Positions 1-13,489 of a stretch of DNA of 64,000 nt are shown here, piece by piece. Within the stretch, counting starts at the first letter, position 1. Every line of letters begins with the position of its first letter. This DNA is from Eledone cirrhosa (lineage: Eukaryota): assembly GCA_964016885.1 (NCBI GenBank), contig OZ024740.1:333498001-333562000 (forward strand), written 5' to 3'. Under the pieces are notes generated by a model. It was not told the origin of the DNA. It did not search any database and worked only from the letters and a program-made list of their open reading frames with translations. The position numbers were made by a program, and so were the translations under genes.

Positions 1-60
1 TAAATATATATCAAATATATAAGAACCATAGAGCAAATATTTATTAAAATAACAGATTAA

Positions 61-111
61 AGTTTAAGCAAAGAATCGCTGCTTTCGCCCTTAACCGGAT
101 CTTCTGAAACT
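61..111 (-). ncRNA. Type I hammerhead-like motif, variant core CAGAAGA
   Basis: Reverse complement reads agttt-CAGAAGA-tccggttaagggc-GAAA-gca(gcgattctt)tgc-TT-aaact. Confidence 0.55.
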
Positions 112-1333
112 AAAAAAAATCAATCTGTGAGCGCAGAAGTAAATATTTCGAAAAACGTTGCAATCCAAGGAAGACAGGAAGACGATTCTCTGGTTCGTGG
201 AAACGTTCCCTGGCAAAGAACGGGAAAAAAGAAGATAATACGTCATTATTTGTATCAGTGAAAACAATTACACGGAAAATCAAAACCACCTTGATGGTAA
301 AAATGAAGGCGTAGACAAATATTCTATTAGGTGGTTCGTGGATACGTTCTCTGGCAATGAACGGAAAAAATGAAGATAATGTGGAGCGGTGAGTACAATT
401 ACACGCAAAGACGAAACCATGTTTACGGTATAACTGAAGTCATAGACTAAAATTCTATTTAGGAAACCCAATGATTCTCGGCTTCAGAGTTAATTGATTT
501 CACCGCTCCAAATAATGACGTATTGTCTTCGTATTTTCCGTTCTTTGCTAGGGAACGTTTCCACGAACCACAGTATCGTTTTCATGACTTCCTTCGGTTG
601 CAACGTTTTTCGAAATATTTACTTATACGTTCACAGATTGATTTTTTAGTTTCAGAATATCCCGTTAAGGGTGAAGCAGCAATTAATTGCTTAAACTTTA
701 ATCTGTTATTTTAATATATGTGTATTTACATGTAGGTATGTGTGTGCGCTTGTTATATACGTATTTATTTATTTATATACGTTTATTTAATTATATGTAT
801 ACACGCACACACACACACACCACACACATATATATATATATTTTTTTTTTTAATATAAAAGTTTTTGTTTATTTGGTGTATACATTCGTATGCGTTCGGG
901 TACAGGCCTTGCGTGGGTTCTGTATGTGCGTACGTGTTTTTGTTTGCTTTTTGTTGTGTACGTGAGTGTATTCGTATACCTATGGCGAGTGTTTTCGCGT
1001 ATGCTTGTGTATGTCCCTATATGGATGCGTGTATGTATTTATTTTATATCAATTACGTCTGTATTTTATTTACTTTATTCTTAACTGTGAAGCTGAGAAT
1101 CATTGGGTTTCCTAGTAAGAATTTCCATCTACAAACTTCTTTTATACCATAAACGTGGTTTTGTCTTTGCGTGTAATTGTTTTTCATCGCTCCAAATAAT
1201 GACATATTATATTCGTTTTTTCCCGTTCTTTGCCAGGGAACGTTTCCACGAACCAAAGTATCGTCTTCCTGTCTTCCTCCGGTTGCAACGTTTTTTGAAA
1301 CATTTATTTCTGCGTTCACAGATTGACTTTGTT

Positions 1334-1384
1334 AGTTTCAGAAGATCCCGTTAAGGGTGAAAGCAGCGATTCTTTGCTCAAACT
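1334..1384 (+). ncRNA. Type I hammerhead-like motif, variant core CAGAAGA, CUC site
   Basis: agttt-CAGAAGA-tcccgttaagggt-GAAA-gca(gcgattctt)tgc-TC-aaact; stems I, II and III can all pair. Confidence 0.6.
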
Positions 1385-1479
1385 TTAATCTGTTATTTTA
1401 ATAAATAGTTGCTCTACGGTCCTTTATATGTGATATATATTTATCCTTATTGAACCCTCTTTGGATTTTAGTCTTCAAG

Positions 1480-1480
<1 letters not shown>

Positions 1481-1558
<78 letters not shown>
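1481..1558. repeat. (ATT)n followed by (TA)n microsatellite
   Basis: Read directly. It represents dozens of (TA)n, (CA)n and (GA)n tracts, e.g. 2236-2313, 2662-2770, 11086-11236, 12172-12418, 22640-22840. Confidence 0.95.
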
Positions 1559-1561
<3 letters not shown>

Positions 1562-2234
1562 ACACACAGACATACATATTTTAATTGGAGGAGGATGATG
1601 CAGGTATTAGTGTAGGTCTGTATGTGTTCATGCTGGATGAGCAGCATATTCCGAAATAGAACCTATATGATATATATGAATAGTAAAACGCGGATAAATG
1701 CCTGTGGATTAAATACATCTAAACATACATTGACAGTCATATTTTACCAATTATAGAGCAAGTAATTTACGTCATGTGTTGTTTTTTTTTCTTCTGAATT
1801 TCATATTTTCTGCTGTGCCATCAGGTGCACATTCAACGAGAAGCTACAATTTAAAATTCTGAATAAATAATGCCTTGCCTTTAACAATGAAGATAATTAC
1901 AACGCAAAACGTAAGCACATAATCAAACATGTACTATACTTTCATTATAACGCATGACTGGGCATTTATATTTGCATTTCTTTTCAGAGGTAAATGTACA
2001 TGCATGCAATTTTGTATTCTCCTAGCTACTCAGCTATAAATCAAACAAAAACACACTGCCGTACACATAAACAAACACACACAATCCCACATTATTACAC
2101 TACTTCATTATTTCTGCCAATATTGAAAACATATATATGAGGTAATTATTTCTATTGTTGACTGTACAAACAGAAAAAAACACTGTATACATAAATACAT
2201 ATATATATACACACGCACACACACATAAACATAT

Positions 2235-2314
<80 letters not shown>

Positions 2315-2658
2315 ATGTGCTTATATCAGAGTTTATGTGTTAACATACATGTATGCATTTGTCTTTCTCTAACTTTTCTAATCACGTTATATGAAGGTAC
2401 AACACAGGAAAATATCCTAACAAGAAACAGGGTACAAGAAATGTTTCATAAAAATAATGTGTAATGGATCATGTTACGATTCAGTTTTCTTTACGTTCAA
2501 TTTTGTAGATATTTATTGGAATATTCCTAATAGTTCATATGGGAATCTGATTATTATAGGCTTTCTATGTTATAATTTTGAAGCTGCCCATATATTTTGT
2601 TTCATATTTGTTCATATTAAACATACGTTTCCACGTAAGTTACTGCATAGATAATTAC

Positions 2659-2746
<88 letters not shown>

Positions 2747-3052
2747 TATACATATATATATATATATATTTACATGTATATATATGTAATATATATATAA
2801 TAAAGAGTTTATCGCTCTACATCGCTGACTACAATAAATGTAATCTGAGTTTTTCGAATATTAATAATAATATTCTATTCGTTGGCAATCATGCAAACAA
2901 ACTCTTTAAGCAATGTCAGTAGAATGACCCCGGAATTCTTACTCTTGTATGTCTGAAGTTCTGTTTACATGCCAACACAAGACCAAGATTGGCGGGTTTA
3001 CTAATATGGCTTAAAGAGGGTGTTTTCATAATTGCAAACAAATTGAGTGCTA

Positions 3053-3236
3053 GTGGATTGGCAGTATCGGTAGAGGGTCGGACGCCATGCTTTCCAGCAT
3101 AGTTACGTCCCTTTACGATCTGAATTCAAATCCCGCAGAGGTTAACTTTGCCTTTCATCCTTACGGGGTCGATAAAATAAAGTACCAGTAATGTACTGGT
3201 TAATTGCTGGCCTTGTGCCAAATGTAGAAACAATTA
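3053..3236 (+). mobile_element. tRNA-derived SINE (Deu/Nin-like core)
   Basis: A-box-like tggcagtatcgg, B-box-like aattcaaatc, core gcctttcatccttacggggtcgataaaataaagtaccag and an AAT tail; several near-identical copies in the window. Confidence 0.85.
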
Positions 3237-3261
3237 TTAATATTTGAAAAACTAAGATTAC

Positions 3262-3342
<81 letters not shown>

Positions 3343-3361
3343 CAACATAAGATAATTATTG

Positions 3362-3416
3362 CATTAACCAGTGGTTTCTTGAAAGCGATAACACTTTGCT
3401 TTCAGTCATCAGAATG
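3362..3416 (-). ncRNA. Minimal type I hammerhead ribozyme
   Basis: Reverse complement: catt-CTGATGA-ctgaaagcaaagtgttatcgctttcaa-GAAA-ccactgg-TT-aatg. The mirror copy at 8101-8157 has a mutated core, CTAATGA. Confidence 0.75.
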
Positions 3417-3558
3417 AAAAAGATCCTGGTGTATTTATTGACATTGGATTTTAAGAACAAAAATATAATCTATATGAAAGTGAGGCTGGAAAAGGAAGAA
3501 GGAAAGGAAAAAGAATAAAAATAAAAGTAGATAAACACACATGCACACATAATTACAT

Positions 3559-3664
<106 letters not shown>

Positions 3665-5069
3665 ATACATACACATACACATAAATACACAAATACACAC
3701 ACACACATATATATATATATTTATATATATATATGTACACACATAATCATACATATATACACACGTACATACACACACATACATACACGCATACATACGC
3801 ACACACACAATTAATTATAAGAAGAAAAAAAATTGACTAACATATAATGAAATAGGCCGTCACATAAAAATAAAACATATACGACTTAAGAAAATAAAAT
3901 TTATTATAAAGTTGACAGCGATCAGGAAAGGACACAAATAAATAAACAAACACACGTGGTAAGCAATACACACATTTACGCATACACATACATATATATA
4001 AATATATACTTATATATATATCCAGTGGGTGTAACTAGGAGTTACTGCAGGTTCACCCGAGTGAGCACTCGATGTTTAGGTTCACTTCTGTGATGATGTG
4101 TAGAGCTATACAGAGTGTAAAATATAGAAAGGATAAAAAGGACGATTGATTATTCCTTCATTGCATTTATTGATAGGTGACGCGCGTTTCGCCACTGATC
4201 AGCTCAAGGTTCGATCTATATCGATCCTACCCGACTCAATAATCGGCAGCTCGACGGACCCTCTTAAAATGTTATAAGAAAATGAAATACATGCTATGTG
4301 GTAAAGTCAGATTTTCAAGAGTTTGACAAAATGAGATGTTTTGATTGGTGAGAAGGATCAAGGCGATGTACTGGCCTGTAGTGTATATGAGGGTGGGTGT
4401 GATGGTGGGATGTTGGTGACGGTCTGTAGATGAGGTGGACTGTGGTGTGGTGGTGGTGGGTTGGCCTTGGCGTGTACAGTATGTAGGGGTGTATGTGATG
4501 ATATGGTGGTGGTTAAGGTTATTTAGTGGGATGGGCTGTGGTATGAGGTTAGTGGATTGTCAGTAGACGGGTTGGCGTGTGGGTGGGGGTGTGGTAGTGG
4601 TGCCTTTGTCTATGGTAGCGGCGTTTATGGTGGTGTGGTTGATGTATTGGTGGCGTCAGGTCCTTACATAGATACATAGTTAGACGCCCTTCGTCTGACA
4701 GATACTTTGTATATACGAATACGCACACACATATATGTATATATGTGCACATATATTGTTGTATAAACACACACAACATAAAACACATACGCACATCCTT
4801 GCCCACACATATCGGCATACGCTCACACACAGCCATATGTATATGTACACACATGTATGTGCATGCGCGCATGCGGACACCAATATGGGGAGTGGGGGAG
4901 TATCGGTGGGGGTGGCGAACGACAGATATGGGGGGAAGGTGAGAGGCGATGTAGAAGGTGTTTTACTTATATACACATACACATACATACACATGGGTAT
5001 GGGCACATGGACTCACACTCATGTATGCAAGATATACACATACACACTCGCACACACGTATACACACAC

Positions 5070-5112
<43 letters not shown>

Positions 5113-6348
5113 TGTACCGACAACACACATATACACGCACATATACACATACATGCACATATATGAGCTCACCTACACATACAGTCAGATTTACCCATAT
5201 ACATATATGTAGACGTACACATACACACACATACATACACATACATATATACACACACATATACACATGCATACACATACACACATATATATATACAGAT
5301 ATATATATACACACACATAGACATATGCATACACATGTGTTCACATACACACACACACACACACATACAGATAAATTTGCGTACACGCACGCACATTTAA
5401 AACGCCCGCATGAGTAAAATACTTACACACAGACACACACACTATTGCTGGTTGGGGAGTGGAGGTATGTTTCGTCGGTGTTGGTGAAGTATGGAGTTGT
5501 GTTTTGTGGTGGTGGTGGTGGAGTTGTGAGGGACAAAATGTATATACCGGATCGAATACCGGTTAAAAGGTGACATAGGGAACGCGGGACAAAAGCGTTT
5601 ATGGGCGTACGGCGATGTGTGTTGTGGACATGGTGGTGGTGGTGGTGCTGGGGTGATATGTTCGGCAAGATGATTACATGATCAGAGGTTACGGTGTGTT
5701 ATATGGTAGGCAGACGGGGGGTGGGGGGTATATAATACAGTCGATTTGGGAGCGAGGGATGATATGTGTTGATGATGTAATGATAATGATTGTTGAAGTA
5801 TGTGGATGTATTTAGTGGTGGCGGTGGTTGTGTGTGCGAGCGACAGTACAGTTACAGGGTCGAATTTAGCGTGGGGTTGCAGGATAGGGTAGATAGAGGG
5901 AACATGGGGGGATGAGGTTGTAGGCGTGTATGGTATGCACATGACGATCTGTGGTGTGGTGTTGGTGGCGATGGTGTGATACTTCATCAACACCGACGAA
6001 ACATACCTCCACTCCCCAACCAACAATAGTGTGTGTGTCTGTGTGTAGGTACTTTACTCATACGGGCGTTTTAAATGTGCGTGCGTGTACGCAAATTTAT
6101 CTGTATGTGTGTGTATGTGAACACATGTGTATGCATATGTCTATGTGTGTGTATATATATATCTGTATATATATATGTGTGTATGTGTATGCATGTGTAT
6201 ATGTGTGTGTATATATGTATGTGTATGTGTGTGTATGTGTACGTCTACATATATGTATATGGGTAAATCTGACTGTATGTGTAGATGAGCTCATATATGT
6301 GCATGTATGTGTATATGTGCGTGTATGTGTGTGTTGTCGGTACATGTG

Positions 6349-6385
<37 letters not shown>

Positions 6386-7170
6386 GTGTGTGTATACGTG
6401 TGTGCGACTGTGTATGTGTATATCTTGCATACATGACTGTGAGTTCATGTGCCCATACCCATGTGTATGTATGTGTATGTGTATATAAGTAAAACACCTT
6501 CTACATCGCCTCTCACCTTCTCCCCTTATCTGTCGTTCGCCACCCCCACCGATACTCCCCCACTCCCCATATTGGTGTCCGCATGCGCGCATGCACATAC
6601 ATGTGTGTACATATACATATGGCTGTGTGTGAGCGTATGCCGATATGTGTGGGCAAGGATGTGCGTATGTGTTTTATGTTGTGTGTGTTTATACAACAAT
6701 ATATGTGTGTACGTATTCGTATATACAAAGTATCTGTCAGACGAAGGGCGTCTAACTATGTATCTATGTAAGGACCTGACGCCACCAATACATCCACCAC
6801 ACCACCACAAACGCCGCTACCATAGACAAAGGCACCACTACCACACCCCCACCAACAGCCAACCCGTCTACTGGCAATCCACTAACCTCATACCACAGCC
6901 CATCCCACTAAATAACCTTAACCACCACCATATCATCACATACACCCCTACATACTGTACACGCCAAGGCCAACCCACCACCACCACACCACAGTCCACC
7001 TCATCCACAGACCGTCACCAACATCTCACCATCACACCCACCCCCATATACACTACAGGCCAGTACATCGCCTTCATCCTTCTCACCAATCAAAACATCT
7101 CATTTTGTCAAACTCTTGAAACTCTGACTTTACCACATAGCATGTATTTTATTTTCTTATAACATTTTAA

Positions 7171-7259
7171 GAGGATCCGTCGAGCTGCCGATTATTGAAT
7201 CGGGTAGGATCGATATAGATCGAACCTTGAGCTGATCAGTGGCGAAACGCGCGTCACCT
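7171..7259 (+). ncRNA. HHR-like motif with core CCGTCGA and extended stem II (mirror copy at ~4175-4263, minus strand)
   Basis: gaggat-CCGTCGA-gctgccgat...atcagtggc-GAAA-cgcgcg-TC-acct; the palindromic stem III ACGCGCGT is typical of PLE HHRs. Confidence 0.45.
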
Positions 7260-7729
7260 ATCAATAAATGCAATGAAGGAATAATCAATCGTCCTTTTTA
7301 TCCTTTCTATATTTTACACTCTGTATAGCTCTACACATCATCACAGAAGTGAACCTAAACATCGAGTGCTCACTCGGGTGAACCTGCAGTAACTCCTAGT
7401 TACACCCACTGGATATATATATAAGTATATACTTATATATATGTATGTGTATGTGTAAATGTGTGTATTGCTTACCACGTGTGTTTGTTTATTTATTTGT
7501 GTCCTTTCCTGATCGCTGTCAACTTTATAATAAATTTTATTTTCTTAAGTCGTATATGTTTTATTTTTATGTGACGGCCTATTTCATTATATGTTAGTTC
7601 ATTTTTTTTTTCTTATAAGTAATTGTGTGTGTGCGTATGTAGGTGTGTGTACATATATCTATATATGTGTGTGCGTATGTATGCGTGTATGTATATGTGT
7701 ATGTACGTGTGTATATATGTATGATTTTG

Positions 7730-7823
<94 letters not shown>

Positions 7824-7883
7824 TGTATTTATGTGTATGTGTATGTATGGATATATATATATATATGTGTGTGTGTGTGTATG

Positions 7884-7942
<59 letters not shown>

Positions 7943-8252
7943 ATGTGTGTATGTAATTATGTGTGCGTGTGTGTGCATGTGTGTTTATCTACTTTTATAT
8001 TTATTCTTTTTCCTTTCTTTCTTCCTTTTCCAGCCTCACTTTCATATAGATTATATTTTTGTTTTTAAAATCCACGGTCAATAAATACACCAGGATTTTT
8101 TCATTCTAATGACTGAAAGCAAATTTTATTTGCGTTCAAGAAACCACTGGTAAATGAAATAATTAACTTATGTTGTTTATTACATAACTAATAAGTTCTG
8201 TAACCTACATAGAGAACTTATTTTTTCCTGGACCTTTCCGACGGAATTACTT

Positions 8253-8320
<68 letters not shown>

Positions 8321-8324
<4 letters not shown>

Positions 8325-8494
8325 AAAATGTTTAACCCCGACGGCAGAACCCAAGCCGATTTGACGGCTATTTCTGGACAGTCCAGTCGAAACGGCTATG
8401 TGTTAAACATTCTCCTATTACACAGTCTACTACCCTAAGTATTGAGTAATCTGATACGTTATGCTCCATCTGGTTCCTTACCACACTTCCTTCG

Positions 8495-8497
<3 letters not shown>
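8321..8497 (+). mobile_element. Short foldback element, family Y (diverged copy)
   Basis: Homologous to 13295-13492; hairpin apex at ctggac-a-gtccag; flanked by (TA)n. Confidence 0.75.
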
Positions 8498-8543
<46 letters not shown>

Positions 8544-9193
8544 AGTTGCGGAAACTCCCATACACGTACATATGGTAGTTCTGAATTCTGCATTCGTGAA
8601 ATCTACATTTAATCACCGAGTTCCTCGATAATTTATTAAGCCACCTTGGTTTAACGCCAGCACAATAAATGGAAATGCGTCGCAGGAACACTTTGGCGTA
8701 GTGCTTTTCACAGATTCCGACCTAGAGCGGATGTGAATTTTGATTAACACATTTAAAGTTTATAACGCCTCAATATGTTATAATCCATTAATTATTTCCA
8801 ACTATTGTATAATTAAAATTATGAATTCCGTTATTTTGCATATAAATTATATAAATATAATTTGAAATTTCCATCTTACTACGGTTTTCGAAGACCCGGT
8901 TCTCTACCGCACGTTCCAAACCATTTTGCTGGGTTGAGAGCTGTTGAAGGTGACTATGTGTTTGTAAACTTGTCTTCTACCTTGCCTTTTTTTATTTCGT
9001 TCTTCTTTATATGCGCCATCAAATCTCCTTTTTTTTCTATATCTGATATGCCGTTACCCAGCTTCTGCATTGCCTCTCCTTTGACCACTGGCCACCAGAC
9101 TTTTTCCTTTGAGGCATATTTACCCATCCCTGCCTTAGACAGCATTGGGGTGGTTTAATAGTTGAGTTTCTCCTTTATATATGTATATTTCAG

Positions 9194-9558
9194 GAGCGTG
9201 AAACTGATACATTTTGTTTGTACTGCTTCTCTGTTTTTGTTCCCGTCCCAGTTTTCATTATACAATACACGCTCACACGGCTTCCACACCACCTTGACTA
9301 CCGGCTCAACCCCGATTTTATCCACCGTGAACACTCTTTGAACTTTCCCCAAACCTTCCCAGAACCTTTTCTTTCCTTATTATATTTTCCTTTCTTTGCA
9401 TTATTTATTGATTAATTTACTGTATTTGTTTATTTCGTCCTACGATTTTTTTGTCTATGATTATTTTGTCCATGATTTGTGTCCCCCCCCCCTCTCAAGA
9501 GCGTGAAACTAATAAATTTGTTTGTATTGCCTCTCTGTTTTTGTTCCCGTCCCAGTTT

Positions 9559-9565
<7 letters not shown>
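9194..9565 (+). repeat. Element with ~70-bp terminal direct repeats (pLTR-tail-like)
   Basis: gagcgtgaaact...ctctgtttttgttcccgtcccagttttca occurs at ~9194-9258 and ~9499-9561; ends at (TA)n. Confidence 0.7.
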
Positions 9566-9595
<30 letters not shown>

Positions 9596-9597
<2 letters not shown>

Positions 9598-9808
9598 GTA
9601 TGTATAGCCTGTTTGGCAATATACTGTATGTTTCATTAAAAACATTTAGAAGACCATTCGCTATGAGATTTAAAGTAGAAACTATGTCACTTACAAAGGT
9701 TGCCGATATTATGTAAATGACATAGTCTTAACTTTAAATCTCATAGCGAATGGTCTTCTAAATGTTTTTGATGAAACATAAAGTATATTGCCAAATATAC
9801 TATACATA
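9596..9808. repeat. ~100-bp-arm foldback hairpin between (TA)n tracts
   Basis: ggcaatatac...actatgtca (9615-9689) pairs with tgacatagt...gtatattgcc (9718-9792). Confidence 0.85.
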
Positions 9809-9942
9809 CCTTCATGTATACATCGCTTTTTCAGAGCACCAATATTAATAGGATATATATATGTATATATAAAACTTTGACTGTAAAATGAGTTAGCGAA
9901 AAGTAAAAGTTACCTTTGTTTTGTTTGTTGTTGCTGCTGTTC

Positions 9943-10465
9943 TTTTATCCGTCAAATATTTGGATACCTAAAAGTCCCTTCATCAGAGTTTAAGGAATTT
10001 TCAGTTGATAATGCTACAACTTCCTCTCTTTGGGGTAAAATTTTGATTTTGATTAACATTTTTTCTAAGTCGTTTCCAGGCGTTTTTTGATGGTCATTTT
10101 GCATTCCACATGAATGAGGTCAAGTGCACATATAGTAATTCGCGAAATCAATTTCCTTTTTTGAATGAGATGTATAGTTTGTGTGTCTGTGCGTGTGTCT
10201 TTTTATGTCAAGATCTGTGTGCTGAGGTCTCATCTAAGATTTATTTGAGGGTTGCGTCTACAATGAGCAAGGCTTCCTTAATTCTTAAGTTAACGGTAAT
10301 ATGTTGGTTGAAATAACCATTAAAAAAATTGCTTGAACACGACTTAGAGAAAATGTAAATCAAAATTTCATCCCAAAGAGAGGAAGTTGGAACATTATCC
10401 ACTGGAAGTTCCTTAAACCCTGGTGAAGGGACTTTTAGGTCCCGAAATATTGGATAGATGAAAAA
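9943..10465 (-). mobile_element. PLE 3' remnant with inverted pLTRs and a GIY-YIG C-terminal fragment
   Basis: ~9943-10100 is inverted relative to ~10311-10465, and both carry a decayed HHR (CTGATGA/CTGGTGA-agggac..gtccc-GAAA). The spacer reads NLRIKEALLI on the minus strand, like LRIKEALWI at 25.8 kb. Confidence 0.7.
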
Positions 10466-10599
10466 AAAAAAATTACCAGCTCACTTTAACTCTTCGTTAC
10501 CTCATCTTACAGTCTCTTTTGCATTGTTTAGCCTTCTATCTCTTTCAACGTAATATATTATAGATTCTGCTTCAAGAAAACTACAACATGTTATACATA

Positions 10600-10673
<74 letters not shown>

Positions 10674-11097
10674 CATATTATTGGAGAGAGTAACTTGCGG
10701 TTATTTGCGAAGCGCTGCTCGAAGAACTTGATATTGCTACGGCGTGCGTTTCTCGTAGTGTTGTATTCCAGCATTAAGGCGGCTTTACGTTGCAGTATGT
10801 AGATATCTTGAAAATAATTGCAGTGTGTTGTTATAATAATTGCAGACAGATTTGCAGCTTCTGTAGAAACATTATTTGCATGTTACAATCTCCTCAGATA
10901 TGTGAGTTTAGATATTTTCATATATGACGAGAAGTGTCGGGCTTCGATAACCTTGAGCACACCACAGCTGATCAATGTTGTAACAATTGTAAAATAGTAA
11001 TATGCTAATAAAGTTCCTACACAAGCTGCAAATCTGACTTCATTTCTTTTAACAACAACAACGCACCTATATATAAATATATATATGTGTGTGTGTG

Positions 11098-11171
<74 letters not shown>

Positions 11172-11487
11172 TGTGTGTGTGTGTGAGTGTGTGTGTGTGC
11201 GCGTGTGTTTGTGTATGTGTGTGTGTATGTGTGTGTATAATAATACAAATTCTGGCTGGATTATCCGCTAATTATTCCGCCATTCTTGGCGTAGAACGAC
11301 TGGCCGTGGGACACGCCACTTCTGAACTGGTGTCCCACTGGATGCATTGGATGGTGATAGTGATTTTCAGCTAAGTATACGGGACCAACTGGAAGTTAAT
11401 TTTTTGTCTCAAGACAGCAAAACACGCACTAGTTCAGGTATCAAAACCACTACGTTATGAGCATAAGTCCAACACACTTACCACTTA

Positions 11488-11572
<85 letters not shown>

Positions 11573-11579
11573 GTAATAC

Positions 11580-11633
<54 letters not shown>

Positions 11634-11766
11634 CAAAGAGGGTGTGATAAGATACCAGGGGTAGTACAGTGGGTAATTTGAAGCGTTCAGGTGCTCAGCC
11701 GTCGGGGTCCTGCATATGTTCATACATAGACACACACACACACACACACACGCATATATATACATA

Positions 11767-11824
<58 letters not shown>

Positions 11825-11834
<10 letters not shown>

Positions 11835-12137
11835 TAAACGGAATAGAAAATGCTGACAGATTGTTCACAGTGAAAAATAGTTTAATTAGGAATAAGTGAG
11901 AATTAGTAATAGTATTGGTTAGTATTCAGTTTTGGTTTTAAGTTTTTACCGGTTGCGCATTTCTAATGCTTTTCAAAAATAATTTTTGAAAAGCATTAGA
12001 AATGCGAAACCGGTAAAAACTTAAAACCAAAACTGAATACTAACCAATACTATTACTAATTCTCACTTATTCCTAATTAAACTATTTTTCACTGTGAACA
12101 ATCTGTCAGCATTTTCTATTCCGTTTACCAATATATA
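11825..12137. repeat. Near-perfect 155-bp-arm foldback with a 1-nt loop at 11981
   Basis: One mismatch seen between the arms. The right arm starts with decayed HHR ttt-TTGAAAA-gcattagaaatgc-GAAA-ccgg-TA-aaa. Confidence 0.92.
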
Positions 12138-12188
12138 ATAACTTGTGTGTTACACCTCTATTCTTTTAAATATATGTATATACATATA

Positions 12189-12420
<232 letters not shown>

Positions 12421-13241
12421 TGTCTGTATAGTATCAATTATCATATTGGAAAAGAGGGATGGAGTGAGGAGATATTTGAAGGGAGATTTATTTTATTAAA
12501 TTCTCTAACATATGTTTTCTCACCGATTACATGGATACATATAACTTTCTATTCACCCGCAATATATTTATTTCCAGGGCATCGTCAGAGAATAACAATT
12601 ACATATTTAAATACTACAATACTTCAGGGGTGTTTCTGTAGAAGAGAAGGAAGATTTAAGTGCATAGTAGACAATGGGCTTCGTACATCAATGGTTTTGT
12701 CATTTGTTGCGAGGTAATTATGTTTTAGCGAGTCAACTGTGATGAGAAGAAATCAGGCGTAATCTTCTGTGAGGAGATAGCTGTTTACGCTACGGGTTAG
12801 GATAATAGAGGTAGTTGAAACGGGAACATTATAGATACACTTATTGAAATTGGCACCAGTGTTGAAGTAGATAAATTATAGGATAATACAAATGGGGCTA
12901 TACCATGAAATCATGTGATAGCTTGGACTATACCTACTGAAGATTTTTAGATATACATGCTTACCACTGAATTTTCTATCTTGTTTTGAGTCTAGTAACT
13001 GTTTCTGTGACATGACTTCCAAACCCCGCTTAGAACAAATATCTCAATATTTCCCTTAACGTCGATAGTGGTGGGCGAAGGGCAGAATCCAACACGTTAT
13101 TATTCATCACATTGCGAAAACAATAACAATATTTGGTAAGCTGTTCCTTCACTAATATTTATGTAATAATTCCACAAATAGCATTTTACTAACATTAAGT
13201 TTACTTTCCCTTATATATACGTTCAGATATATATATACATA

Positions 13242-13294
<53 letters not shown>

Positions 13295-13299
<5 letters not shown>

Positions 13300-13489
13300 A
13301 ACGAGTAGGACCCCGACGGCTGAGCTCAAGCCGTTTCGACGGCTAATTCTGGACGTCCAGAATTAGCCGTCGAAACAGCTTGAGCTCAGCCGTCGGGGTC
13401 CTACTCGTTCCTATTACCCACTCTACTACACTCAGTATTGAGTATTTTGGTGCGTTATGGTCCACCTGGTTCCTTACCACATTTCTTCG

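Larger units (their letters stand above)
1..1485. mobile_element. Non-coding PLE pseudo-LTR cluster: one inverted copy (1-~490) plus two tandem copies (~490-716, ~717-1485)
   Basis: 41-270 is the reverse complement of ~490-716 and of ~1170-1405. The same sequence forms the ends (40615-41300, 43381-43490) of the RT/GIY-YIG element at 40.6-43.5 kb. Confidence 0.85.

Noticed and set aside
5493-5978. Palindrome spacer as a GIY-YIG remnant (RPCNC-like text on the minus strand)
   Set aside because: Too degenerate; no convincing motif series.
8862-9158. Non-repetitive ORFs 8862+ and 8954-
   Set aside because: No recognisable domain or splice context.
12445-13250. Possible decayed PLE linker/endonuclease on the minus strand (APFVLSYN, RCPGNKYIAGE)
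   Set aside because: Weak similarity with many stops; needs an HMM search.
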